Shown here piece by piece: positions 49,981-64,000 of a stretch of DNA of 64,000 bases; the first letter of the stretch is position 1; every line of letters begins with the position of its first letter. The stretch comes from the human T2T-CHM13v2.0 reference genome, Homo sapiens: assembly GCF_009914755.1 (NCBI RefSeq), contig NC_060928.1, one strand, 5' to 3'. The translations under genes and the position numbers were made by a program. The notes beneath the pieces were generated by a model, which was not told the origin of the DNA, searched no databases, and saw only the letters and a program-made list of their open reading frames with translations.

Positions 49981-52649
49981 ATGATATTTTAATGACGTTC
50001 TCAAATTAGGGTAGTGTGCTAGGGAGAACATGTACTCTGACTAGTGTTGCTATCTAAAATCTGTTCTATTTTTATTGACTTAGGACACATAGTTTTCCTC
50101 AGGGACTTAATAATTGAACCGTTAAAACAAATGAGGGTTTAGCTGAATTTTTTCCCTGATTATTGACACCAATAAAAATAGGTTTGTTAAGATATAGTTA
50201 CCTTTAAAATTCTATTTTCCTCTTTAAACAAATTATTTTTTACTAAGTGATATTTTTTAAAAAGAGAGGGGGGGAATTATCCACATATGTCAGACTTATA
50301 GAGTTGAGAATGAGATGAGCAGGTTGGATTTGCAAAAAGTAGTAAACACTTATAAAAAAATATAAGACTAACTTTTATATATTTAGGATATGTTTTCCCA
50401 CTTATCACTGAATTGGGTGGGGATTTTATCACTATGGACTTCAGGAGTTTAGTGTAAAATGATGTACAACACTATTATTTCATAATTTTGCCATTAGTAA
50501 TGGTCAAACAGTTAAGTTTTGTTTGGTTGTATTTTCATGCAATAATAATCTTATAATTAAGATGATAGTATTTTTCATGAGGTAAATTAGGAATAATATG
50601 AATAAATTATTCTCTTATGAGGGATCAATATTTTTCTCTCTAAATTAAGTCCCACCAGAGACTTAGTTCTTCCCCTGAAGCATTTATGAATTCATTAATG
50701 TATTCATATGTTGTCATTTGCAAACTGTAGTCATTTTTAAGTACAAGGTAAAGAAATGGACATTTGAGATCTTATACTTTCTCAAGTCAGAGACGCATGG
50801 GTGGGTATTAGGTGAGGTGTGAGGGGTTATTACTAGAGTCACCTGATAATCTTATTTCTTCAAGAGAATGTTAATTTTCAGAAGCAGCTATGTCTGTCTT
50901 GTCCTATTTTGTTTTCCTCTTGTTCCCTTTTAAATCTCTACGTTAAAGGGCATGATGGGAAACAAAGGTCATTCAATCCATAAAGTCTCCCCCAGAAACA
51001 AAATCTTCTCCCACTTCTCAAAGAAAATTATATACCATTGGCTTGGTTTATGGTGGCGATTTTATTGTCTTACCTTGACTTCTAATGAACATCCTCAGGA
51101 CTTGGTATTTTCATACTATTGTGTCAATTAAAGCCACAGTTTATTAATATGAAAGTTTAAGTATTTAGCTTCTTTTGAATTAGATGACAAGCAATCTATT
51201 CATCTGGGTTCTAAGAACTAGTATAACTGAATAATGTTAGTTCTTAGATTATCCCTTTATTTCTTGGGAAAATATTCTGTGTGGTCATTATTTAAAGCCA
51301 TCTTTTTTGCTTCAGTCCTCTCTCACTCAGTTCAGGATAAGAATTGGTATGACTGGGCCATTATTTAGTCAATTAATGGAAGTTTTTTACATTAGTCTTT
51401 TCACTAGTTTCCTGAAAGACTGAGTTTCTAAAATGTCAAAATAAAAAATATAGTAAACTGTTTATTTATGATGCCTTCTCTTAGTTCATTATCCACAAGT
51501 CTTTGAGTTTTATGAATCATAATAGAATCCTTTCCCCTCTCTATTTTATATGTTCAACAAGCTAGGCCTTTGCTCATAACCAAAGATGTCTGCTTTTCCC
51601 TAGAACAAACCTTTTACCTATTAACTTGGAAAATCCAAAGAATCAATACAAGCTTTTTTTCAGTACATGTTGCTGCACAAAAGCAACAGAGTTATTACCC
51701 TGAAAGAGAATCCCAAATGTGGTCTGCTGGATGGAAGGTTATGACCCCATGGAAAACTAAACACTTCAAAGTAACTGCTCTCCATCCACCATAATCAGTC
51801 TAGAAAGGTACAAAGGATTACTAGGTTTAAGCAAAATGCTTGTCTGGGATCATTGCATTTGCCTTTAAACTGCCCATCACCATTTTGCCATGCTTCATTT
51901 TCTATTTTTAAACCTACATTTTCAGATAATTTGGCTTTAAAATTATATTTACATTTTTAATATCCCTTAATGAGCTTATTTCATTGGTAGCATAAACCTA
52001 ATTATGAGTCACACCAGGGGCTCTTTTGCTGTGGATAGTTCTTCTAATTTACCCTGGATCAAAGATTGCTGGGCCATGAGCAGTCTGCTGATCTGCTTCT
52101 TTGTCTCCTCAACTATTTTAGTCATGAGATTGTTTTAATATTTAGGATTTCAAAAGGTCTCTGCCAGGTGACACTATCATTTTGCCTCACAGAGAATGAA
52201 TATACTTTTTTTCTTTTCAAAGCCCTGAGCATGTAGTGACGGTGATACTTGTGTTGTTTCTGCCCCACACTCCCTCCTCCACAGTCATTCAGAGAATGTT
52301 CATGTGACAATTTAATTGTGCTTCTGTTGAAGTGAGTCAGTCTCAGTAATTAGGATCATCATTGCATTTGCATGAGGAATCTAGTTAATTTTTTAAAGAT
52401 CCCTTTATTGTGGTCCTCTCAATTTTAAATCTTTTTATTTTTATTTCTTGCTTTTTCCAGTTCTTTGTTTTACATTATTTTTGCCTCAATTGTCACCAGT
52501 GATTTAACAACATGTGCCAGCATGTCTTCTTACTTCTTTAAGGGGCCTGAAATTTTAAACATCACATTCAAAAGAACACAATAAGTTCTGTAGAGCTCAA
52601 TTTCTCTGCCTTAGATGAATGACAATGTAGAATGATTAAATCAAGCAAT

Positions 52650-54170
52650 TAACATATCTTTTTTTCTTTTTATGTGTTGTTTTCTGGAATTTGTGTATGA
52701 TGTACTTAAGTGAGGTTTTACTTTGTGTTTATCCTCTTGGAATTCATTAAGCTTCTTAGATATGAGGGTTGATTTTTTTAAAAAACAATTTTAGGAAATT
52801 TTCCCTTTTTTTCTTCTCATGTTTATTCTGCCCAATCTTAGGACCACTTCAGTTTTGCTCATTTATGTTTTTGAATTTTTTTCTCTGTACTTCAGTTTGG
52901 CTGGTTTCTATTCCTTATCTTCGAGTTTATTGGTCTTCCTTTCTAAAGTGTCCAAATTTCTGTTAAGAACATTCAGTCCATTTTTAATTCACGTATTGTA
53001 TACTTCTCGTTCTATTTAATGGTTAATTGTTTTAAAGTCATGGGTTGCTAATTCCAACTTCTATGTCATGCCTGTTTTTTTGTTTTTGTTTTTTTCTATT
53101 TACTGGATTTTTACTCCATATACTGGTCCTGTTTTGCTGCTTTTTCTCATAGTTAGTTTTGTCTGCTTTTCATGCTGGGCATTGTGGATACTATGTTATT
53201 AGTGTCTGGATTTTGTTGTTTGCAAGCACAAAATAGTATTCAGTCCAAGATTCAAGGGCACCCCTATATTGACTTTTAAAATGATATTTCTGTCTGGCCC
53301 CCTCATTTTATTAATCTTTAACACATTTTTTAACCATCCTAGTATCCCCAAACTCAGATCTCTATTTTCTTTACTTGGTGTCTTTTCTGGAATCCATCCT
53401 TCTGTGATGCAGTTTGAAAATTGTTCCCAGGCACAAAACTAGATTGAATGTGGAGCTAACATCACATATTTTCCCTCAAGAATCATATCACTGCATTGTC
53501 TACTGCCCAACATCTGAAAACTGTTGCTTTATACATCTTGTCCAGATTTATAATTTTTGCCATAAAAGGTAAATCTGATAGTTTATATAGCCAGGGACAA
53601 AATTCTCTGAAATTTATGTTTTTAGTTTATTATATGAAAAATTATAGAATAAGCTCATTTAACTCCTTATATCAAGCTAAGATTTGTTGTGAAAATTCAT
53701 AGAATTTGAAGATTAATTTGAGGAAAATTGACATATTTGCATTGGGTTTCCCATTAATTAACATGATTCATTGGCTTTTTCTTTAAAACTTTTCAATAAA
53801 GTTTAAAATTTTTACTTATTAAATCTAACACTTCTTTTGCTGAATTTATTCTTAGGTACATTATTCTTGTTGTTATTTTTTGCTACTGTTAATAGTGTCT
53901 TTTTTAATTTGTTGTTGGTACAGAGAAATGTAACTGATCTTAATTTTGTGATTGAATTAATATAAATTAGTATTGTATTAACTCATAAACATTTATATTT
54001 GATTACATTGCTGAATTGTCTTTTTAATTATAATAATCGGCATCTAGACCATTTTGCATTTTGTTTGGTTACAATCATATCCACTGCAGCTAATAACAGT
54101 TCTTTCTCTTCTTTTTTGATTTTGAAACCATTTATTTACTTATTTACTTATGCTTTACTGCACATAATTT
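52650..54170 (-). mobile_element. Degenerate ancient L1M fragments
   Basis: T-rich sequence with L1M-like phrases (cttggaattcattaagcttcttag, attaatttgaggaaaattgacatattt). Confidence 0.55.
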
Positions 54171-54529
54171 AAAGTAATGGACCCGGATCTGAGTTTTTTA
54201 TCTCAGTACTAATATTAATATTTGCTACAAGAGCATTCTTGCATTTTGATTTATCTTATAGCTAAACTCTGCAGGTTTCTCATTTTAGCTTTGATTTATT
54301 CTTTTCTTTATTTTGATCTTGTTAGTGTTTCCTTATAGTCCCTGAGTACAGCAATACAGTAATAAGTTATTTTCTCTTATATTTAAATATTTTAAAGCTA
54401 AATAGCAATCTTACAAGGTTTCTGATCTATAGTATGGCAAAAATAAATGTTTGTCTGTGAAAATAATTTTGATGAAAAGAATTCTTTTTTGACAACAGTT
54501 TTTTCCCTAACAATTATGATCTTCTTTAG

Positions 54530-54649
54530 GAATTGGTGTGCTTATGTACATACCAGGTTATCTCCCACAGTGATATTGGACAACCAGGTCACTTATGTCC
54601 CAGGTGGGAAAGGACCTTGTGGCTGGACCGGTGGATCCTGTCCTCAGAG
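54530..54649 (+). CDS. MMRN1: Multimerin-1, second coding exon (EMI domain, first half)
   Basis: Acceptor cttctttag|G and donor AG|GTATGT; 120 nt, in frame: (K)NWCAYVHTRLSPTVILDNQVTYVPGGKGPCGWTGGSCPQ(R). Confidence 0.97.
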
Positions 54650-54749
54650 GTATGTAATATTTCTTGAAAATAGCCACTGTTTTTGCACCATAATAAATTA
54701 TAGCCTGGAATATATAATGTTATTCATGCAAGGTACATAATACATAGTA

Positions 54750-56440
54750 GGGTCAGGGGATGGTAGTCACATTATGCTTTAGTAAGTGAAAATGCAGACA
54801 CTAATAATATTTGCCTCATATGGTCATTTTTAGAATCATTTGAGATAATGCAATACTATATTTAGCCTAGTGCCTTGTGCCTTATGAGCATTCAATAAAT
54901 GTTAATTATCATGCTTATTTCTATTTTTACTATCACTATTACTTTTACTCTATATCTGGTCAACAATCCTGTCCTTAATTGCTTATGAATTTCATGCACA
55001 GTTTTGAAGATTTATTATTTTCTCTTCATGCTAGGTCAGAAAGAAGTTTATAACTTGGTTCATATTCTAAAATTAGGAGAGCTTCTAGTTACAATTATGC
55101 ATGGAAAAGCAGCTAGGTGAAGCTTTTCTTCTTGTGTCTATTGTAATTAGCCATGTCATTTGATTATCATTTTTTAAAAAAGTCTATGCTGTTGTCCTAA
55201 AAGATGGGGCTGAGTAATTGATAAATTATCTGAATTCATGTAGTCACCGTAGCTCAGCTGGGGGTGTTTCCAAAGAGCCTGCAATAAAAACTCCAATTGT
55301 TATTCAGGCCATGATGGCTAATGTTATGCAAATAGTCATACAAATAACTCAGGCAATGAATCTGACACATGGCAATCTGGAACAGTGCACAATAAGGATA
55401 CATAAAATCAAGGTGTTTCTTAGTCCCTTGAGGAATAGCTAAGGTTCATGGTCCAGAGACCTAAGCACATCTTAGGGATTTGGGAGAGCTGAACTCTAGT
55501 TCTGTTTTCAGCCCTCACTCTCTTTGTGACAATTTCCTTGCCAATACGAGACACAAAGAATGCATTGCTAATTCTTTAGTAATAAAAAATTTACCACAGT
55601 AGCCCCTAGCATACTGCCCTTCTGGATTCAAGGTGAGCTCTTTTTATTTTTTTCTTTTCTTTAAACAAACCATAAGTATTTATCTTTATTCTCGAATCTT
55701 ATCTTTTTTATGCCTTCTGAGTGGGTGCATTCATTCGCTATTTTTAATACTCGTGTCATAATTGCCACTTTTTCTTTTATTATGTCTGAGCTACATGCAA
55801 CAGATATTCAGTTTGCCAAAGCAGGAACATTGACCCCAACAATAGTTCAACTAACTGCCTGAGCTCATCCTTACAAACTCTATATACAGTCCCTTTCCAA
55901 ATTGCTTTGCTTCCTACTTAGCTTTAACTATGAGAGTGCAGATAGTATTTCACTAGACAGAATGATTTAGTGAAATAAATGAGGGTAAATGATTAGCATG
56001 CTTTTCAGATGGAAGGGATCTTGTAGCTCATTTTGCAACTGACAAATAGCCTCAGACATACTCGGTTACCTGTCATGTTATAGCAGAAACTGAAACGTAA
56101 GTCCCTAAAGGCCGGTCTGTTATAATGCTATTGCTCCACATGTTCAGGGTTTACCCATGTAGGTGACTGTTGTCTCCATATAGTTGTACGTGGCAAACTC
56201 CAGGATAATAACAAGGGAGGCTAGCCCACATGACATGGGCTAAAATCACAGCTCTACCCCTTTTAGATATGGGACTTTGAGAGAGTTATTTCATCTCTCT
56301 GTTCTTTGGATTCCTCGTCAGGAAATGAGGATAATAATAATGCCTTCATCATAAACTAAAATGAAAATTAAGCAAGATAGTATGTACCCATTTTACAGAC
56401 CCATTTGATAAATAGCAACTAAATATTAAAGTCACATGGG
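54750..56440. mobile_element. Several MIR fragments (~54750-54920, ~55990-56130, ~56230-56440)
   Basis: MIR core phrases such as agttatttcatctctctgttc...ttcctcgtcaggaaatgaggataataata. Confidence 0.5.
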
Positions 56441-57197
56441 TAAGACTAATATGGCCAAATTGTACTTATGACTTACATTTACAAACACACAGAGCTCACA
56501 ATTTAGTAGCAGTCACTATATTGATTGTTGTGTTGAACTGCTATAGTTTCCATATTTCTTTTCTGCTGTTCTATGGTTTCATCTTAAAAATAAAATTTCC
56601 TCATATTACATCCCTTCTCTCTCTCTGTCCTTCTCTCTCTCTCTCAGAGAAATACTATATGACAAAAATAGTAGGTAGCATAATTTCAAAACTTTGAAGA
56701 TGAAAAATTCAATGGGAAAATGATAGTGGTTGTCATAATTTCAATTAGATCACGAATATCCAATTTGTTTCAAGTTGTTTGATACTGATCTGGAGGAAAT
56801 ACAGATCTTTTTAAATATAACAATATAGGAAATCATATGAATTGAAGTAGAATAAATTATCTCCATATAACTTTAAAATTGGAATGAAAATAAATTTTAA
56901 CATTGATTTAGCAAGAAGTATTATCAAGAGAAAAGCTATAATATCTTTAGAAAGTCAATGGCAGGTATCAATTTAAAATACCAAATACCATAACTAGTAA
57001 TGCTTTTTGTAATGTATTGAAAGAAACCTAAGTTAGGCAATAATATTGATGATGAATATTATGATTATAACAGCCGATACTAAATAAATGCTTGTTATAT
57101 TGTAGGCATTGCCCCAAAAACTTTACATTTATTATTCCGGCTGATAATTTAATGTGAAACAAATAATCGATTTCCCTCCAATTGCTCAACTCTCTAG

Positions 57198-57304
57198 ATC
57201 TCAGAAGATATCCAATCCTGTCTATAGGATGCAACATAAAATTGTCACCTCATTGGATTGGAGGTGCTGTCCTGGATACAGTGGGCCGAAATGTCAACTA
57301 AGAG
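57198..57304 (+). CDS. MMRN1: Multimerin-1, third coding exon (EMI domain, second half)
   Basis: Acceptor tctctag|A and donor AG|GTACAC; 107 nt, in frame: SQKISNPVYRMQHKIVTSLDWRCCPGYSGPKCQLR with the EMI WRCCPG(Y/F) motif. The gene continues beyond the window. Confidence 0.97.
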
Positions 57305-60300
57305 GTACACTCTAATATTAATAATCACAATTCTGAACAATAAGAAACTGATTCTATTGAAGAAAAGAATAGCATTTCCCCTTTTGAACCAAGGTAAATT
57401 AACATGTAACCAAACTCCTAGGACTGTTATACTTTCTAAGCTTTCTAACTTGGTAGCTTTTATAACACTCTGAAGTCTCATAAGCTATTCTTTAACTTCT
57501 CCCCCCATTTTTATGTTGGATTTATATGATGAGCAAATGGAAATCTGATGAAAGATCTTACTTATTCTTAACAACAAGCTATAGAGGCATGCCTTATTAA
57601 AATATCAGGAATGCTAATTTTCAATTTTTAAATAAAGTGTTATTAGAAGTGACTCAATATAAAAATAAGACTACCATCTAGTTTTGTTCCAGTTCAGTTA
57701 TTTGAAATAATGTGCATATGAATGAAATTTAGTATTAAAGGACATACAAGGTATGTCATGAATAATTCTCTCTTTTTCAAAATTCTAATGGAGCTATTTT
57801 TTTTTTTTCAGCTGAGGTTTTAAGGACTTTCTGGTGGCAAGGCTGATCAAACACATGGTAACCCGCTGTGGCCTAATATCCATGTGACTATTATTTTGCT
57901 TTTGGCTTTAAACAGGTTTCCTTTGAAAAATAAGATACAGCATCAGCATACATATTTTAAATGAATGAATATTACAAGAAAGGCCATTAGCAGTGGTGGG
58001 GAATTCAATCAACAGTATAAGAGACTGTGATTAAAAATTAATAAAACTGTGGAGAAACCGTTATGGCTCACATTAAGAAAAAGAAAATTATAATACAAAA
58101 GCTCTAGGAATCCTGCATTTTAGTTAGGGATATTATTTATGGTTTTACTAGCCTATACAATGAGAATCTACAGGCAAATTTCACCATAATGCTATTTGTT
58201 CTGGGTCTGGCCTGAATTTCAAAGATGTTATAAAAATTCAATTTATATTCAGACTACAGAATGAATATGTACTTCATTTATAACCAGGTAAAATAAACTT
58301 TTAAATAAAATATAATCTATGCTGAAAATATTTGGAAATAAGGAATTTAGCATATTTTAAAAAGACCCAAATATGGCCCTGATTTCTGATTTCCATGAAG
58401 TACACAAATATATACTCACAATGGTAAAACATATTTGTGTCTAGAATTGGTGAATTGTTAAAAGTTCTGGATAATATTTAGAATTCTGTTTCTGAAATCT
58501 GTATTTCTCTTCTTCTACAAAGAAGGATATCATGAGATTATTAATTCCATCATTATTTCTTGATGATTCAAGTTTGTTTGCAGAGCACATTTCTAGAAAT
58601 TTAGGTTGTTATTACACATCTTATTAGTAGACATGTGGCAGGGAAAAAGTCTACTAATGAAATGTCATGGACTCTAGTTGATCAGAGCGTTGTTGCTCCG
58701 TGCTTCAACCTTTTATACTTAGGAATCAATTCTTTATCACTATGGTGGACTACATACATGTAGGAAGAAAATACCAGAACATCACTGTAAATATAGACAC
58801 AAGAAACAAAGACTAGCTGACAGTTTCAAATATAGACTGTGTCCTGCCACTCTCATTTTTCAAAGTATGATATGAAATATTTATGAATTCAAGTAGTTTA
58901 GGGATTGTCTAATGACACCTTATATCCTAATTAGAAGCAACCTGTGGATAGGTTTTATACTAGATTTACAAATCATTGTATTAATTTCCAGTGGCAAAAA
59001 TGTCCCAGAACAGTTCTGATTATGACCTTCTGTCATAATAGTGTAATTGGAACCACTCATAATTCAGGTATCTGCTGATTAAGCTGTTATTGAAAGGCCT
59101 CTTTTCTACGGAAATCTACAATGGGAATAATGTTCCAATGGCAGATATGCATATTGTGTCATATTGTCATACAACCAATTCTAATATAGCTTTGATTCCA
59201 AAATAGCCTCCTGTTGCTCTCTGCTATACTTTGACCATTCTACTTTTCACTTTTTAGTGCAGTTGTATTTTCAATGGCTGAATTTTCTATTAGTGCAATT
59301 GATGCACTGGTTGTATTAGGAACTACTGCGTCCTTTGTCCCTTGAACCTTCATTATATCTCTCCTGGGAGGATATTTGCACATTTTCCCCTTCTAATAGC
59401 TAACCAAATTGCAGTAGGAAGATCTTCTAAATATGCAGGGAATATCACCAGCTCAGGAATAAATTGGAGCTGTTTGCAATTGTACTTTTTTACTTCTTCT
59501 CCCCCACTTTTGTACCCTTCTTTCCATTTCTTTCTTTTATACCCTTCTTTCTATTTCTTTGGGGATGTGGATCCATCTCGAAACTGTTAGAAAGAGATGT
59601 GGTGACTCAGAATACATGGCGATTCTCTCTTTATTCCACAATATGCTAATCTGCTACGCACGTACTTTAGCTGCAACTCAGATAATCAAAATACTGGTAG
59701 CCACAGTTCTAGATTACCTTATAAAAATATTCATCATATTATCAAAAGGAAACCAATTTTTAAAAATCTAAATGAATAGAACTTTATTGGGGGAAAAAAG
59801 GAGCACTAAGTCCAACATCAAAGTAATAGTTCTGATATGTTTTACATTTGTTATGTCATTTTCTCTTTTCAAACATATATATTTGTACATAATGAGGAGT
59901 GAGTCATCAAAGACAGTTTGCACAAGGGTTTTGCCTTTAGAAAGGACCTAATTTTGTGATATGGTATTCAAGATACTTTTCAAAAAGTCAGCAGTAACAT
60001 ACACTTAAATCTGTTTTATAAAATTTGCAATAATGCTCTTTTCCAGTAGATGTCTCTAAAATATTCTGAAGTGGAACAAGGAAAGTGTGACTTGCTTTAA
60101 TGACACAAAGGGCAATGATTTAAATACAAATAGTGTTAGATTACAGAGGATGAAGAAAACTTGTTTGCAAATCTGTTTTTAAAAATCCAGTGGCTTTAAT
60201 CATCAGATCCTTTATAGGAAAAAGGTATCTTATAACATTCTGTTTTGTACTGCAGATATTATGAATGCTGACAAAATGTGAGCATGTACAAGTGCTGAAA

Positions 60301-62344
60301 TAAACTGGCCCCTACCATATGTTATGAATATATAAAAAATATTTGGTTTTACAAATGCTGGGAAATCATGCAATAAATTATATAAGAGCTACTGTAACTA
60401 ACATTTGAATATGGGGCTCCTCCAGCAGGAGTATTTTAAAATGCATTCCCTGTAGTTTTGCATATCTAGTTCTTCCCAGCAGTAGCAAATGCTTTCTTCT
60501 TTGAGAAAGAACATTACCTCCTCTAAGAGTCTTTCACAATAAAATTATGATGCATTTAGTGAAGAACACTCTGTACCATAAGTGGTTGTTGCACCAAACT
60601 GCCTACTTCAATTTACCTAGTAAATCTCAGTAAAGCTTAACATGTACACCGAACATTCACCATGCAAGTTTTCACTTGATATTGAGGGATCAGCTGGAAA
60701 TCTGTCTCCTCAAGCCACACAGGAAGGTTTTCTGGTTCTGAGTGAGAGAGAGCAAACATCCTCATTACTGAGTTGCCATTAATGACATCCTCCATATGGC
60801 TCAAAGGTCTGGAAGGAAAACAAAAAAAACTTGCAAATAAAATCCATCTAATTAAAAAAAAAAGCATCTAATAAGGAAGCTGTTGCTCCTACTGTAGACA
60901 CTTGCTGACCTTGCTTCTCTAAGTCGTTGATCTGTCAAGGTCAGGGCTTCCATTGCAAGGGGAAAAAAAGAGAGTAACTGTCCTGGGAGAAAAGCAAAAA
61001 GGAATCCAACTTAAAAAATATATTGCATTTTAAAAAAATCTGAAATGCACAAACATCTTTAAAAATTTAGTTGACTGAAATAAATGTCCTTCTGTCCCTG
61101 TACCTATCGCTTAGAAGGGAACAAGAAAAAGAAACTTAGAAATCTGTCCTGTATGGAACAAAGCAAAGGTCTGTGCTCAAGTGAAAGACAGATTGCTTGG
61201 AAAACCTGGAATCTGTGGCAGTCCTTGTGGTAGAGAATACATTTGGGGAGACAGAAAGATTGCTAAATGAAAAAACAAAAGAGCATCAATCAACGAGGCT
61301 CTTTATCACAAGAGAGTAACTGACTCCACTGTCAGAGATCCTATCAGCTCTTTGCTGTGGCTGGTTAAATCCCGTGTAATAAATTGGGATGAATGCAAGT
61401 ACTGAACTCCAGTCAACAAACAAAGGTAGGGAAAGATAACATAAACTATTGAATTTGTAAAACAGGCATTTCAAGTTTTCAACAGCCTTGGCAGGGACTC
61501 CATCCAATGAATTCCGGAGCAAAGAGATTCATGTGACAATTGGATCTCAAGGATCTTTGTGTGATGCTTAATAGTTGTTTCTTTTATTCAGGAGTACAGT
61601 TTTCTCACTTAGATTCTGAAAAAAAAAAAAAAAAAAAACAAACAATAAATTTAACAATGCTGCTAAAAGCAAATGGGAAACTTTATGAACATGCATGTGC
61701 CCACATGCAATTACATTAATTTTTGACATTTAATACTAAAAAATTTAATCACATTTTCTTTCAAATTAGTGATGTTGAAACTATAAAATATGAAAAAAGC
61801 TTAATTTTTCTCATTTTATATATATTATTTTCATATACTGAGGAATGAATCATCAAATTTTAGTGTGCAGGAAAACTAGATTTTCACTTGATACTTCTAT
61901 GTATGTTTATTTTTTATCTTTTTCAATTGCTTGTTTTTTTTCTTTCTGACAGCTTTTCAATTTACTCTCTCCTCTCCTTCTTCTCACTGATTTTAAAGTT
62001 TTTTCTTACGTTTTTGGTTACTATTTTCAATCTATTGATTATCTCCTGCATATCACTGTCTATTCCCTTTTTTAATGGAATAGCATTTTCCAAGATCACA
62101 TGAATGATATATGTCTCAAATTCTTTTGACCCTGAGGTCAATAGAAAATTAAACTTTGATGCTCTTCATTTGCTTCCTTTCTATTCTTGACACTTTACCT
62201 CTCACCTAGGTAAATTTTTACTTCTTGAACATTCAGGATCTTTCCTAGACTGGGTAGCACAGAGGGAACTATATCTTGATGACATGCTCCTACTGAAGTC
62301 TCAAATAGGATCCTAGAAGAGTTAAAATCCCCCCACACATCCTC

Positions 62345-62391
62345 GTGTGTGTGTTTGTGTGTGTGTGTATGTGTGAAAGAGACAGAGAGAG
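62345..62391. repeat. (TG)n/(GA)n microsatellite
   Basis: Seen directly in the sequence. Confidence 0.85.
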
Positions 62392-64000
62392 CCCTTGCCC
62401 TTGTTTCCCCAGTCTTTGAAGGATGTTAAGTAAAACATTGTTATAATCTTCATATTAAATATGCAGCATGTAATACTTTGTAAGAAGTAAAATTAAGAGA
62501 CCTGATTACAATTCCATTATAAAATGCAACTTAAAATAACATGTCACTATTTATAATAAAGCTTTACCAAAGTATTTTGAACCCCTGGAAATAAATCCTG
62601 TGTAAAATGCTTTTGTGATTTGTATTGAGGTCTCTCCACTTCGGGATCACGAGCACCCAAACCAATCTGCCTCTTGATTATGATGATTGGTGGGAAGGGG
62701 CAGCAGCCACAGTCAATATTGTATATAAATCAAAAATTAAGAATGCATTACTTTTTATTTTCTTAAATTAGAGCATTGTCTATAATACAGTCTAAAACTA
62801 CAGACCAAGTAATATACATCATACCAAAAATCACTCATATCATTCTAATAATTTCTAAGCAATTTATTGATTTCTACAAATTATATTGATGTCGTCTTTC
62901 TTTTGCCATGGATGATACCAGCTAAATGATGTCCTTGTCAGAGAGGTAATTTAATACAGGGAACCCTCTCAACCTCCTTTAATGATTTACCCATCAGATT
63001 TAGAGTCACTGGGTGACATGAGGTCTCAATAAGTTTGTAATTTTATTAACATCAGTTAAATTATCCTCCTGCTGAATTATCTATTGGGCTTTCCTGAATA
63101 AAAAGTGATTGCATTCAATTTTTACCAGCACTTAAATACTGTGTGTATTTTTGAATGTTTACTGTCTTTATTATTAACTAAATCATGAAAATTCTTATCT
63201 AAATATCCTATTTAATTAGTTTATAGAGCTTTGTTAACGTCATTAGGCCAAATTCATCTGGCAGCATAAATCAATGAATATTTATTGCATTTTTTTAGTT
63301 TTGTCATATAAATTTTATTTTCAAACAATTCATTAGAAAATCTTTTTCTTATATAATTGGCCTTTTACTAATTTTTGTTTCAAATAGTATATATACATCT
63401 ATATATTTCAATTAATATATATTCATTTAAAATAGAATATATAAGTTTCAAATGTATATTTATAGAATACATGAAATTTTTATATCTATACTATCTTTGA
63501 TCAGTTTTTTAACTATCTCCAGTTTAATAAGGGGAATTTTCTTTTCTCGTAAAGCTGAAAAAGGATTGGCATTTCTGTTAGAGTGTCATCTCTGAAAATC
63601 AGTTATTTTTTAAAAAAGTCTATTTTCCAAATGTTAAATTTCACAATTTATATGAAAGTGAATTCATAGGGCTTGATATAATTTACAAAATGCCTTTTTA
63701 GCTGTAACATCACAGGCTATCTTTGAAGTCCAAATATTCTTCCAATTTTTATTATTTTAATTTTTAGCATGTGCTCTTGCTTTCCATCTCTCTTTCCATC
63801 TTTCTCTCTCCCTCTCGTCTACTTTTATTGTCTCTTCTTTATTTGATATATAGCAGTAAATATGAAATTCATCTAGAAAAGATTTCAAGTGTTTACTTGA
63901 TAACACATTATACTTTCAGTCAGAAATATTTGAATACAGTAGCTTATAGTGCCAAAATTTTTAAAAAGCAGAAGTCTATCTAAAACTTTGCCTGGAACTC

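Noticed and set aside
54447-54740. 97-aa stand-alone ORF
   Set aside because: It is MMRN1 exon 2 plus open intronic flanks; the splice sites define the real exon.
57305-64000. Further MMRN1 coding exons
   Set aside because: I found no sequence matching the residues expected next; the short ORFs here are low-complexity chance ORFs.

Overview
Primate genomic DNA, almost certainly human or a very close hominid. The window holds the 5' part of MMRN1 (multimerin-1) on the + strand. Coding exons are 40214-40836, 54530-54649 and 57198-57304; they splice in frame through GT-AG junctions and encode a signal peptide, a Ser/Thr-rich region, an RGDS motif and the EMI domain. A candidate non-coding leader exon ends at 24849, and the proximal promoter is rich in ETS and GATA motifs. 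From recalled synteny, the ~40 kb upstream is the interval between MMRN1 and the divergent SNCA gene; SNCA itself is not in the window. The rest is dense with transposon relics (L1, Alu/FAM, L2, MIR, MaLR and ERV LTRs, MER DNA elements), and most ORFs in the track come from these or are chance ORFs. I found no CRISPR array, RNA gene or new protein-coding system. The best leads are: (1) an L1PA with both ends but lacking ORF1 and most of ORF2, keeping an open 165-codon ORF0 that points toward SNCA; (2) uORFs and a tandem splice acceptor in the MMRN1 leader; (3) locally templated insertions at 17.4-18.7 kb and 33.2-33.9 kb; (4) L1 insertions with 3' transductions or 5' inversions, including a young ~230-bp one in MMRN1 intron 1. 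Repeat subfamily names are from remembered consensus sequences and need Dfam/RepeatMasker confirmation.
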